From assembly GCA_004284765.1 (NCBI GenBank), contig NQJD01000001.1:199367-231366 (forward strand): DNA of 32,000 nucleotides, in the 5' to 3' direction. Source of the DNA: Candidatus Electronema aureum (GTDB taxonomy: Bacteria > Desulfobacterota > Desulfobulbia > Desulfobulbales > Desulfobulbaceae). Within the stretch, counting starts at the first letter, position 1; each line of letters begins with the position of its first letter. Shown here one piece after another: positions 16,540-25,430 of this stretch. The translations under genes were made by a program, and so were the position numbers. The notes beneath the pieces were generated by a model. It did no database searches. It was not told where the DNA came from and saw only the letters and a list, made by a program, of their open reading frames with translations.

Positions 16540-18123
16540 ATGATCATCGAATTTTACGACACCACCTTGCGGGACGGAACCCAAGCCGAGAACTTCAACC
16601 TCTCTGTTGATGATAAGATCAGAATCACCCAGCAGTTAGACACGCTCGGCATTGATTTTATTGAGGGCGGCTGGCCTGGTTCTAACCCGCTGGCGGTAGA
16701 GTATTTCGAGAAGATGAAGGCTGTGGCATTAAAGCACGCACGGCTCGCTGCTTTTGGGGCGACCCGACACTTCCAGAATCCGCCCGACAAAGACCCAAAC
16801 TTGCAGGCATTGATTGCCGCACAAACTCCAGCCATCACCATTTTCGGCAAAAGCTGGGATATTCATGTCCATGAGGCTCTGCGCATCGAGCTGGAGGATA
16901 ATCTTCAAATTATTGAGGATTCGCTGGCCTTCTTGCGCCCGCAGGTCAAACACCTGATCTACGATGCCGAGCATTTCTTTGATGGCTTTAAGAATAACCG
17001 GGAATATTGCCTGGCAACCTTAGGCAAAGCGATCAGCGGCGGTGCTGAAACCTTGGCTCTTTGTGACACCAATGGCGGCACACTCCCGCACGAAATTCCG
17101 GCCATCATCGAACGGGTGAAACTGTTTCTCCAAGAACAGGGAAGTACGGTAAAAATTGGTATTCATCCGCACAACGACTCCGAAACAGGGGTGGCCAACG
17201 CCCTAATTGGTGTCTCGCTGGGTGTGCGCCAGGTGCAAGGCACCATAAATGGTTATGGCGAGCGCTGTGGCAATGCCAATCTGACCTCGATTATTCCGGC
17301 CGTGGTCTTTAAGATGGGCTTAGAAGCTGAGGTAGGTAAGAATATTGATAAGCTCTATACGACATCGCGTTTTGTCAATGAGCTGGCTAATCTGCCTCAC
17401 AACCGCTATCAACCTTATGTGGGCGAGTCTGCATTCGCGCATAAAGGCGGCATTCATGTGAGTGCGGTGCAGCGTAATCCGCGCACCTACGAGCATATTG
17501 AACCGGAAAAGGTGGGCAATGTTCGCCGGATATTGATCTCTGATCAGGCAGGCAAGTCGAATGTTCTGCATAAGGCGGTCAAGTATGGTTTGAATCTGAA
17601 GGCAGATGATCCGGCAATGAACACAATCATCCGCGAGCTGAAGGAATTGGAAGCACAAGGTTTTCAGTATGAAGGCGCAGAGGCCAGCTTTGAGCTGCTG
17701 ATGCGGAAAGCAATGGGCATTGAGCATCAATTCTTCACGCTGGAGAGCTTCCGTGTCATGAACAGCAAGCGGATTATGGATACAGCCTCGCTCACCGAAG
17801 CCACGATCCGGTTGACTGTGGATGGGCAGGAGGAGCATACCGCCTCGCTCGGTGACGGCCCGGTTAATGCTTTAGATAAGGCCATGCGCAAGGCATTACT
17901 CCGCTTTTATCCACGCCTTGAAGAAATGGAGCTGATTGACTACAAAGTGCGAGTGCTCTCTGGAGAACATGGCACTGGAGCAAAAGTGCGCGTGCTGGTG
18001 GAAAGTAAAGATGCGGAAAACCATTGGGGTACCGTGGGTGTGTCCTTCAATATCATTGAAGCAAGCTGGCAAGCATTGGAAGATGCAGTCAACTATAAGC
18101 TGATGAAGGATGCGAGAGGATAG
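16540..18123 (+). CDS. cimA: (R)-citramalate synthase, LeuA-related (527 aa)
   Basis: MIIEFYDTTLRDGTQAENFNLSVDDKIRITQQLDTLGIDFIEGGWPGSNP is the N-terminal signature of the CimA/LeuA-related clade (DRE-TIM HMGL-like domain). HPHND and a C-terminal regulatory domain are present. The length fits CimA rather than the longer or shorter LeuA forms. I prefer the ATG at 16540 over the extended track start. Confidence 0.85.
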   Translation: MIIEFYDTTLRDGTQAENFNLSVDDKIRITQQLDTLGIDFIEGGWPGSNPLAVEYFEKMKAVALKHARLAAFGATRHFQNPPDKDPNLQALIAAQTPAITIFGKSWDIHVHEALRIELEDNLQIIEDSLAFLRPQVKHLIYDAEHFFDGFKNNREYCLATLGKAISGGAETLALCDTNGGTLPHEIPAIIERVKLFLQEQGSTVKIGIHPHNDSETGVANALIGVSLGVRQVQGTINGYGERCGNANLTSIIPAVVFKMGLEAEVGKNIDKLYTTSRFVNELANLPHNRYQPYVGESAFAHKGGIHVSAVQRNPRTYEHIEPEKVGNVRRILISDQAGKSNVLHKAVKYGLNLKADDPAMNTIIRELKELEAQGFQYEGAEASFELLMRKAMGIEHQFFTLESFRVMNSKRIMDTASLTEATIRLTVDGQEEHTASLGDGPVNALDKAMRKALLRFYPRLEEMELIDYKVRVLSGEHGTGAKVRVLVESKDAENHWGTVGVSFNIIEASWQALEDAVNYKLMKDARG

Positions 18124-18181
18124 GGGGTTCCTGTTATGCAGCAGTGCCTGAGATTCCTAACGGTATGATGCGCGCTCTCCA

Positions 18182-18616
18182 ATGAGAAGACTGCAGCTGA
18201 ACGACCACCGCCCTTTCGTCCTCATTCTCTTGGCCGCTCTTATTCTCGCATCAGACTGGTACACGCCCAAGCTGGATGCGCAGGTCAGCGCATACTTTTG
18301 GGCAGAGGGGAAGCTGATCCGCACTCAAGACAGCAGGGCAGGGCAGGGCGTTCCGCTCACCGCAGGGATGTCCTGCGCAGACATCCCGCCTGAAATCGCC
18401 CGGTTCTTCAACTTACCGCTGCCAATAAACCGGGCTGATCAATACGCCCTGATTGCGCTGCCAGGCATTGGTCCTAAGCTGGCGGAAAAGATCATCACGT
18501 ACCGGGAAGGGAAGGGCGGTATCACCGGGCCGGATGACCTAATCGAGGTCAATGGTATCGGCCCGAAACGCTCCGCCAGCCTGCTTCCGCTCCTCTGTTT
18601 CGACAAGGCGCAGTGA
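18182..18616 (+). CDS. ComEA-family helix-hairpin-helix DNA-binding protein (144 aa)
   Basis: An N-terminal membrane anchor (FVLILLAALILA) is followed by tandem HhH motifs, ALPGIGPKLAEKIITYRE...GGITGPDDLIEVNGIGPKRSASLLP. The stop overlaps the miaA GTG start (GTGA at 18613-18616). Confidence 0.75.
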   Translation: MRRLQLNDHRPFVLILLAALILASDWYTPKLDAQVSAYFWAEGKLIRTQDSRAGQGVPLTAGMSCADIPPEIARFFNLPLPINRADQYALIALPGIGPKLAEKIITYREGKGGITGPDDLIEVNGIGPKRSASLLPLLCFDKAQ

Positions 18617-19551
18617 AATCTGTCGATTGCCCCGTCATCGTCTTGGTCGGCCCCACTGCTGTGGGCAAAACCGAGCTGTCTTTCCGGCTGGCCGAGCAGT
18701 TCAACTGCGAGATCATCAGTATGGATTCCATGCAGGTCTATCGTGGCATGGACATCGGCACGGCCAAGCCCAGCCTTGAGGAACGAGCGCAGCTTCCCCA
18801 TCACCTCATTGATATTGCCGAGCCAGACGAGCAGTACGACGCGGCCCGCTTTGTCCGCGATGCTCTGACTGTCTTTGAAGGGATTGCCGCCCGCCGCAAA
18901 ACCGCATTACTCACCGGCGGCACTGGTCTTTACTTGAAGGCATTGTTTGAGGGGCTGTTTAATGCTTTGCCAACAAACCCAGAAATTCGAGAGCAGCTAC
19001 GGCGGCGGCTGGAGCTGGAGGGCAGGACGGTTCTTCATGCTGAGTTGAGCCGGATTGACCCCGCAGCTGGGGCGCGGATTCATCCCAACGACACCCAGCG
19101 ACTTCTGCGCGGGCTGGAGATATTTCAGGCTTCCGGTCGGACGTGGACAGAGCTGATTGAGGAGCAAAAGCAGGCAGGGCAGGGCAGGGCGGCGTTCAGC
19201 CGGGTGTATCTGGCAGGCTTACGCTGCGATAAGACAGAACTTCACGAGCGGATTGCCCGCCGGTCGCTGGCGATGATCGAAAGCGGCCTGATTGAGGAGG
19301 TGGAGCGGCTGCGGCAACTGGGTTACGGGCCGGAGCTGCCTTCGATGCAGGCCATCGGCTACCGCCATGTCAACCGGCTGCTCGCCGACGAATGGACGCA
19401 GGCCGAGATGCTGGATCAGCTCATCCTTGACACCCGCAGATATGCCAAGCGGCAGATGACGTGGTTTACTGCCAACAAGGAATTGCGCTGGTTCCGGCGT
19501 GAGGAGTATGAATTGATGGCGGATGAAATTACAAGCAACCTCTCTATATGA
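18613..19551 (+). CDS. miaA: tRNA dimethylallyltransferase MiaA (312 aa)
   Basis: A P-loop (VLVGPTAVGKTELS) is followed by ISMDSMQVYRGMDIGTAKPS and HHLID motifs, which are diagnostic for MiaA/IPPT. Confidence 0.95.
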   Translation: MKSVDCPVIVLVGPTAVGKTELSFRLAEQFNCEIISMDSMQVYRGMDIGTAKPSLEERAQLPHHLIDIAEPDEQYDAARFVRDALTVFEGIAARRKTALLTGGTGLYLKALFEGLFNALPTNPEIREQLRRRLELEGRTVLHAELSRIDPAAGARIHPNDTQRLLRGLEIFQASGRTWTELIEEQKQAGQGRAAFSRVYLAGLRCDKTELHERIARRSLAMIESGLIEEVERLRQLGYGPELPSMQAIGYRHVNRLLADEWTQAEMLDQLILDTRRYAKRQMTWFTANKELRWFRREEYELMADEITSNLSI

Positions 19552-20378
19552 CTATGAGAATTTCTAACAAAGGGCCAAAAGAAGGGTATTGCGTGATATG
19601 CGGAACACATGGAACGTTAACCAGAGATCACGTTCCTCCCAAAAAATGCAATAACCTTAACAATACAGAGTTAAAGGTGCTGCAATCACGATTTGCCAAA
19701 ACAGCACGAGGAACGATATCTCAAGGCGGAACTCAATTTAAAACGTTGTGTGGAAAATGCAACAATGAACGACTTGGCATTCAATATGATCCATCACTCG
19801 TTGACTTGTCGAATGCAATAACATCGTTGGTTTTAGGGGCCAGACGGAAACGTATTCAGCTCCCGCAAAAGATTTATCCCATTATAAAGCCTCAGAGAAT
19901 AGCCAGAGCGGTCGTAGGGCATATGTTGGCAGCGGTTGCAGTTGAGGAAACTAAATCTGGGTTGATAAAAAGCCCGATGTCAGATGCGCTGCGTAAATAT
20001 TTTCTTGATCAGACGCTGCCATTGCCAGAAGAAATGGAAATATATTATTGGCCTTATCCATACAAAGAGCAAGTCTTAATAAAAGGTTTTGGTAAATTCG
20101 ACATCAGAACTAATCATGGTATAATTGGCGATATCTTTAAGTTTCTTCCATTAGGTTTTTTACTAACATGGGAGAAGCCGGACAGTGTAAAAGTGAACAT
20201 TCCTGTCTTGTTGAGAAACAAGGAAATGAATATAGACGAACAAGAACAAATAGAGATTAATCTATATAAATATCCACCTGTTGATTTTCCAGAAGCACCT
20301 AAAGACTGGGAGCTATCTCTGCTGAATGATCAACACGCGTTTATTGGTAGCCCGCAACATAAGACGGAGCAAGCATAA
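19548..20378 (+). CDS. HNH-like zinc-finger (CxxC...DH...CxxCN) protein with an uncharacterised C-terminal domain (276 aa)
   Basis: The N-terminus reads GYCVICGTHGTLTRDHVPPKK...FKTLCGKCNNERLG, which fits the CxxC / (D/E)H / CxxCN layout of HNH/His-Me finger nucleases. I do not recognise the remaining ~190 aa. The gene is AT-rich (24/60 GC in a hand-counted sample at 19621, against 39/60 in miaA at 19261). There is an ATGA overlap with the miaA stop, and the stop lies 2 nt before the recJ ATG. Confidence 0.6.
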   Translation: MTMRISNKGPKEGYCVICGTHGTLTRDHVPPKKCNNLNNTELKVLQSRFAKTARGTISQGGTQFKTLCGKCNNERLGIQYDPSLVDLSNAITSLVLGARRKRIQLPQKIYPIIKPQRIARAVVGHMLAAVAVEETKSGLIKSPMSDALRKYFLDQTLPLPEEMEIYYWPYPYKEQVLIKGFGKFDIRTNHGIIGDIFKFLPLGFLLTWEKPDSVKVNIPVLLRNKEMNIDEQEQIEINLYKYPPVDFPEAPKDWELSLLNDQHAFIGSPQHKTEQA

Positions 20379-20380
20379 GC

Positions 20381-22135
20381 ATGGCTGGGGAGTGGACACT
20401 GCCGCTACCGCTTTCTCAAGCCGAGGCGGCGAGCTGCAAACAGCTGGCCGCTGATCTGCAACTGCCGCCCGTCATTGCGGAAATCCTTTTCCGACGCGGC
20501 TTCACATCGGCTGAGACGGCCCAACGGTTCCTCCAGCCGCAGCTCGCTGACCTGCCTGCGCCCAGCGCGATGAAGGGGCTGGACAAAGCGGCAGAGCTGC
20601 TCGCCGAGGCGGTTGTTCAGCGGCGGCAGATCGTCATTCATGGCGACTACGATGTGGATGGCATCACCGCCACTGTGCTGCTCGCTGATTTCCTGCGCAA
20701 AACCGGCCTTGAGCCGATCTGCCACCTTCCCAACCGCCTGACCGACGAGTACGGCCTGACTATGAAATCCGTGGCAGTGCTGGCGGCGCAGGTAGCCATG
20801 CCCGCGCTGCTGATCACGGTAGACTGCGGCATATCCACGCCGCAGGAAGTGCGCCGCGCCAAGGACTTGGGGTTCACGGTCATCATCACCGATCACCATC
20901 AGCCGCCCGCTGACCCAGCAGATTTGCCTCAAGCTGATGCAGTGGTGAATCCCCGGCAGGCGGGCTGCGCCTTTGCTGGCGGCGAGCTGGCTGGCGTGGG
21001 CGTGGCCTTCTTCCTGCTCATGGCTCTGCGGAGAAACTTGGTCAACAGGGGCTGGTGGACGCAGGACAAGATGCCGAATCTGCGTGATTCGCTCGACCTT
21101 GCCGCCTTGGGCACCATTGCCGATGTCATGCCGCTGACCGGGGTGAACCGGGTGCTTGTCCGTGCCGGGCTGGAGGTCATCAGCGGACGTGGCAGGCCGG
21201 GCATCGCCGCTCTCTGCGAGCGGACTGGACTGCGGGAAGACAGTGTTTCTGCCGAACACGTGGCCTATCAGCTTGGGCCGCGCATCAACGCCGCCGGACG
21301 GCTGGGCAATCCGCAGCTGGCCGCTGATCTGCTGCTGACGCAGGACATGGGCGCGGCGGCGGTGCTGGCTGAGGAGCTGGAGGCGGCGAACATCCTTCGC
21401 CGCGAGCTGGAAGCCGAGGTGCTGGAAGCTGCGCTTCAGCAGGCAGAACAACAGGTTGCGGCAGGGCAGGGGAGTCTTGTCCTGCAAGGCCCGGACTGGC
21501 ATCCCGGCGTGATCGGTATCATCGCCGCTAGGATGATAGACCGCTTTCATCTGCCTGCGCTGGTCTTCACCGGCGACAGCGGTCAAGAAGGAATGCTCAA
21601 AGGGTCAGGCAGATCGTTGCCGGGCCTGAACCTGCATCAGGCACTGGAGCAGTGCAAGGCGTGGATTGTCCATTTCGGCGGCCACGCGATGGCGGCTGGC
21701 CTGACTGTGCGGAACGAGGATTTGGCTCAGTTCCGCACCGCCTTTGCCGAGGCCGTCCGCACTTTGGGCGGCGGGCTGCCCAAGGCAGACCTCAGGATTG
21801 ACGCAGTGCTGGACGAGCAGATGAATTTCCGCGAACTGGCGAGCAGTCTACAGCTGCTGGAGCCGTTCGGCCAAGGCAACCCGGAGCCGGTTTTCCTCCT
21901 GCGCAACATCCGCTTGCGCGAGGTCAATACGCTGCGCGAGCATCTGCGTTTCGCCGTGCCGCTCAACGGCGGCTTGGTCAAGGGCATCGGCTTCTTTATG
22001 GCCGCTCAGTTCGAGGCGGCGGCGGAAGGGGGGGCGGTGGACTTGGCCTTCCGGCTCAAGGAGAGCAGCTACCGGGGCGTGAGCCGAGTGGAAGTCCATG
22101 CGGTGGCCATTTTCAGTGACAAGAATTCAGCATAA
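20381..22135 (+). CDS. recJ: single-stranded-DNA-specific exonuclease RecJ (584 aa)
   Basis: DHH-family motifs are present: IVIHGDYDVDGITA, VDCG, ITDHHQP and GGHAMAAG (DHHA1). Length and domain order are typical of RecJ. Confidence 0.95.
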   Translation: MAGEWTLPLPLSQAEAASCKQLAADLQLPPVIAEILFRRGFTSAETAQRFLQPQLADLPAPSAMKGLDKAAELLAEAVVQRRQIVIHGDYDVDGITATVLLADFLRKTGLEPICHLPNRLTDEYGLTMKSVAVLAAQVAMPALLITVDCGISTPQEVRRAKDLGFTVIITDHHQPPADPADLPQADAVVNPRQAGCAFAGGELAGVGVAFFLLMALRRNLVNRGWWTQDKMPNLRDSLDLAALGTIADVMPLTGVNRVLVRAGLEVISGRGRPGIAALCERTGLREDSVSAEHVAYQLGPRINAAGRLGNPQLAADLLLTQDMGAAAVLAEELEAANILRRELEAEVLEAALQQAEQQVAAGQGSLVLQGPDWHPGVIGIIAARMIDRFHLPALVFTGDSGQEGMLKGSGRSLPGLNLHQALEQCKAWIVHFGGHAMAAGLTVRNEDLAQFRTAFAEAVRTLGGGLPKADLRIDAVLDEQMNFRELASSLQLLEPFGQGNPEPVFLLRNIRLREVNTLREHLRFAVPLNGGLVKGIGFFMAAQFEAAAEGGAVDLAFRLKESSYRGVSRVEVHAVAIFSDKNSA

Positions 22136-22157
22136 CTATTCATAAAGGAGATGCGCA

Positions 22158-22598
22158 ATGAACGCAATGTGTCCAGTATCTTTTGAAAAGATTGATGAGA
22201 ACGTCGCCAGGCTCAATGCCGTGCAGACTGTCATTCTGCTTCTGTTCTTTCTCTTCAGCCCGCCGCTGCAATGGCTCATCCTGATCGTGGCGGCAGACTT
22301 CTGCGTTCGCGCCTTCTGGCAGCCGAAATACAGCCTTTTCGCCATGATCAGCAGGAAGATCATCGCCTTGCTCAAGATCAAGCCAGTTATGGTTGATGTC
22401 GCACCCAAAATTTTTGCCGCCCGGATCGGCTTTCTCTTTTCCTGCCTTCTCATTGCCTGCTGGCTTCTTCATTTGAATGCCGCTGCCCTGATCGTCGGCC
22501 TGATGTTTGCCGTCTGCGCTTTACTGGAAGCTGCCTTCCGCTTCTGCGTGGCTTGCAAGATGTACCCGTTGGTTTGCAAAATAACAGATAGTCATTGA
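22158..22598 (+). CDS. DUF4395-like small membrane protein (146 aa)
   Basis: An AAGGAG RBS is present. The N-terminus CPVSFEKIDENVARLNA, about 4 hydrophobic helices and the C-terminal FRFCVACKMY motif match my recollection of DUF4395. Confidence 0.65.
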   Translation: MNAMCPVSFEKIDENVARLNAVQTVILLLFFLFSPPLQWLILIVAADFCVRAFWQPKYSLFAMISRKIIALLKIKPVMVDVAPKIFAARIGFLFSCLLIACWLLHLNAAALIVGLMFAVCALLEAAFRFCVACKMYPLVCKITDSH

Positions 22599-22722
22599 AA
22601 CTCGACCGCCCTGCCCTGCTTCTCCCCCTCCCCTTCCCTGTGGACTTTTTTGGCGAATTGCGTTTAAATACCGCTGAAGTTTTCTCGCTCCGTATATCAA
22701 CCTTCATCCGCAACATGCCGCT

Positions 22723-24165
22723 ATGAATCACGATATTTATCAGGAACCTTTGGTCAGCCGCTACACCAGCCGGGAAATGCAGGCACTTTTCTCTGAACGC
22801 TTCAAGTTCACCACCTGGCGCAGATGCTGGGTGGCCTTGGCCGAAGCGCAGCACGAGCTGGGCTTGGAGCTGGTCAGCCGGGAAATGGTGGACGAGCTGA
22901 AAAGCCATGTCGAGGACGTTGATTTCGCGGCGGCGGCAAAAAAAGAAAAGGAAATCCGCCACGATGTCATGGCACATGTCCATGTCTACGGCCAGCAGTG
23001 CCCGAAAGCGGAGGCCATCATTCATCTGGGCGCGACCTCGCAGTTTGTCGTCTGCAACACGGATTTGATCATTCAGAAGAAGGCCCTGCGCCTGATCAAA
23101 AAGGCACTGGTCAACGTCATCGCCAATCTGGCCGACTTCTGCCGCAGCTACAAGGACATGGCCACACTGGGCTTCACGCATTATCAGCCTGCCCAACCGA
23201 CCACGGTCGGCAAGCGCAACACGCTGTACATCCAAGATTTGCTGATGGACTTGGACTACATCGAGGCTTTGGAGCGGCAGCTCAAGGCGCGTGGCGCGAA
23301 AGGCACGGTTGGCACGCAGGCCACCTTTATCGAGCTGTTCCACGGCGATCACGCCAAGGTGCGCGAATTAGACCGGCGGGTGGCGGAGAAGCTCGGCTTT
23401 GATCAGGTTTTCCCTGTTACTGGGCAGACCTATCCGCGCAAATTAGACATGAAGACCGCTGAGACGCTGGCTGGCATTGGCGCGTCGGCGCACAAGTTCG
23501 CGGTTGATCTGCGCCTGCTCTCCAACCTCAAGGTGCAGGAGGAGCCGTTTGAGCAGAAGCAGGTCGGCAGCTCGGCAATGGCCTACAAGCGCAACCCGAT
23601 GCGCTCCGAGCGGATGACCGGCCTTGCCCGCAAGCTGATGGGCCTGCCTGCCGATTTCGCCGCCACTGCCGCCAATCAGTGGTTTGAGCGAACGCTGGAC
23701 GACTCAGCGATCCGGCGCATGGACATGGCTCAAGCCTTTCTGCTGACCGACGCAATCCTGCGGCTATATGTCAACATCACCAGCGGGATGGTGGTCTATC
23801 CGAAGCAGATTGAAAAGCATCTGCGGGCCGAGCTGCCGTTTATGGCAACCGAAAAAATCCTCATGGCCTGCGTTGAACAAGGCAAGAGTCGGCAGGAGAT
23901 GCACGAGGTCATCCGCGAGCATTCCGTAGCTGCTGGACTGGCAGTGAAGGAAGAAGGGTTGGACAACGACCTGCTCGTCCGTTTGGCCAAGGATGAGCGT
24001 ATTCCCTTTTCTTTAGGAACGCTGGAAAAGCTGATCGGCAATTATCAGGAGTTTACAGGCCGTGCTCCGCAGCAGACTGAGGAATTCTTGGACGAGGTGG
24101 TTGCGCCGGTGCTGGAAAAGCACAAAGACCTGCTCGGCGGGCTGGATTCCTCGCTGAAGGTTTGA
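22723..24165 (+). CDS. purB: adenylosuccinate lyase PurB (480 aa)
   Basis: The N-terminus reads PLVSRYTSREMQALFS. The fumarate-lyase signature is GSSAMAYKRNPMRSE. The C-terminal extension is typical of long-form PurB. Confidence 0.95.
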   Translation: MNHDIYQEPLVSRYTSREMQALFSERFKFTTWRRCWVALAEAQHELGLELVSREMVDELKSHVEDVDFAAAAKKEKEIRHDVMAHVHVYGQQCPKAEAIIHLGATSQFVVCNTDLIIQKKALRLIKKALVNVIANLADFCRSYKDMATLGFTHYQPAQPTTVGKRNTLYIQDLLMDLDYIEALERQLKARGAKGTVGTQATFIELFHGDHAKVRELDRRVAEKLGFDQVFPVTGQTYPRKLDMKTAETLAGIGASAHKFAVDLRLLSNLKVQEEPFEQKQVGSSAMAYKRNPMRSERMTGLARKLMGLPADFAATAANQWFERTLDDSAIRRMDMAQAFLLTDAILRLYVNITSGMVVYPKQIEKHLRAELPFMATEKILMACVEQGKSRQEMHEVIREHSVAAGLAVKEEGLDNDLLVRLAKDERIPFSLGTLEKLIGNYQEFTGRAPQQTEEFLDEVVAPVLEKHKDLLGGLDSSLKV

Positions 24166-24171
24166 ACCATC

Positions 24172-24414
24172 GTGCGCACCTTTTATCTCCGCATCCGGCC
24201 TGACCGGATCAGCTTATTTCGTTTTCTGCTGGAGGGCTACGACGGCCTGGCCGTGCTTTCCACGCTGGATGCGCGGCAGGGACTTGTTAGGCTGATTGTG
24301 CCAAAATCCAGATATGCGGAGCTGTGGGCACTGCTGGCGGCGATCTGCGAGGAGCTGGTACACGAAGGAAAGGGATTGGCAAAAAATGAAAATTTATTGC
24401 AGGAGTTACCATGA
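24172..24414 (+). CDS. DUF4911-like small protein (80 aa)
   Basis: GTG start 7 nt after the purB stop. FYLRIRPDRISLFRFLLEGYDGLAVLSTLD resembles the DUF4911 family, which I recall as frequently following purB in deltaproteobacterial-type genomes. Confidence 0.6.
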   Translation: MRTFYLRIRPDRISLFRFLLEGYDGLAVLSTLDARQGLVRLIVPKSRYAELWALLAAICEELVHEGKGLAKNENLLQELP

Positions 24415-24740
24415 AAAAACTGATCGAATTTGAACTGGACGGTCAGCCGGTTTATTTTGAAACTGAAATCAGCGAGGCGGAAGGAATGCGCCGAGTGAGC
24501 CGGGGCGGTGGAGAGGACGAGCCGGAAAAGGCCGTTTCCCGCTTCACCGAGGCAGTGGCCCGGATCAAGCCTGCCGCCGAGGTGGTGCTGAACGCCTTCC
24601 GGGAGATGAACACGCCGGACGAGATTGCGCTGGAGTTTGGCCTAAATTTTTCCGCCAAGGCAGGCGTGGTCTTTGCCTCCACTGACAGCACCGCCACCTT
24701 CAAGGTCTCTTTGCGCTGGAAAAACGAGAAGCCGAAATGA
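24411..24740 (+). CDS. Trypco2-like (trypsin co-occurring domain) small protein (109 aa)
   Basis: MKKLIEFELDGQPVYFETE...AVSRFTEAVARIKPAAEVVLNAFREMNTPDEIALEFGLNFSAKAGVVFASTDSTATFKVSLRW. The layout matches my recollection of the trypsin-co-occurring domain 2 / CU044_2847-type family: an N-terminal beta segment, a central helix, and EFG...ak.a.v.a....ea.fkv.L.W at the C-terminus. It lies directly upstream of a trypsin-domain gene. There is an ATGA overlap with the DUF4911 stop. Confidence 0.7.
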   Translation: MKKLIEFELDGQPVYFETEISEAEGMRRVSRGGGEDEPEKAVSRFTEAVARIKPAAEVVLNAFREMNTPDEIALEFGLNFSAKAGVVFASTDSTATFKVSLRWKNEKPK

Positions 24741-24782
24741 TAGAATGAGGTAGCTTTTCCCTTTCTGCCGCAGGAGGCCCGC

Positions 24783-25430
24783 ATGTCTTCCCCGTCCTTG
24801 GAGTTTGCCCTTGTCCGCATCCTGATTAACGATCAAAGCCCGCGCAAGCCAGTTGGCGCGGGCTTTCTTGTCACACCGCGCCATCTGCTGACCTGCGCCC
24901 ATGTCATCAATGACGCACTTGGGAGGAAGCAGAATGCGGCTGAACAGCCTGATCTCCCCGTTTTTCTCGACTTCCCCTTGCTGCCCGGTCAGCCGCTGCT
25001 TCAGGCGAAGATTCTGCATTGGTTTCCTCTCCGGGATGATTCCACCGTCGGCGAGCTGGAGGACATCGCGGTGCTGGAGCTTCCCGCTGATGCAGTCCTG
25101 CCCGCCGGAGTTCAGCCTGCGCCCTTTGAGGTGCTGGACAACAAAGCCTCGTTTCTTGACGATGCGGTCAGAATGTGCGGCTTTCCCGCAGGCGTTGATG
25201 ACGGCACCTACGCCAACGGCAGGCTGCAAGGCCGGAACGCCAAGGGCTGGGTGGAAATTCACCATCAGGACAGCAACATTGTTGAGCAGGGCTTCAGCGG
25301 CACGGCAGTATGGGCGGTGAAGGAGAACGCGGTTTGCGGCATGACCGTGAGCATGTTGAGCAAACGGGATGCCACAATTGCTTATATGATTCCCGCCCTC
25401 ACTTTGCTCAAGGCGTTGCCCGCCATTGAT
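24783..25430 (+). other. trypsin-like (chymotrypsin-fold) protease domain of the giant protein (approximate boundaries)
   Basis: His40 / Asp94 / Ser172 lie in canonical sequence contexts and spacing for S1-type Trypsin_2-like peptidases. Confidence 0.75.

Noticed and set aside
18333-18350. Exact 18-nt GCAGGGCAGGGCAGGGCG present twice in direct orientation (also 19173-19190), inside comEA-like and miaA
   Set aside because: This is a low-complexity (CAGGG)3 tract encoding AGQG in both genes. It has only three G-runs, so it is not a complete G-quadruplex motif. It is most likely coincidental in GC-rich coding DNA. I note it only as a potential deletion hotspot.
20405-21586. 393-aa ORF antisense to recJ
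   Set aside because: This is a shadow ORF. The RecJ DHH motifs on the + strand are unambiguous, and the antisense product is R/Q/G/P-rich with no recognisable motif.
22605-22640. C-rich, G-poor tract after the DUF4395 gene (possible Rho utilisation site)
   Set aside because: It is only a compositional impression. rut sites cannot be called from sequence alone, and no hairpin terminator is present to compare against.
22450-23352. 300-aa ORF antisense to purB and the DUF4395 3' end
   Set aside because: This is a shadow ORF opposite a clear adenylosuccinate lyase. It spans an intergenic region, which real genes antisense to two genes rarely do.
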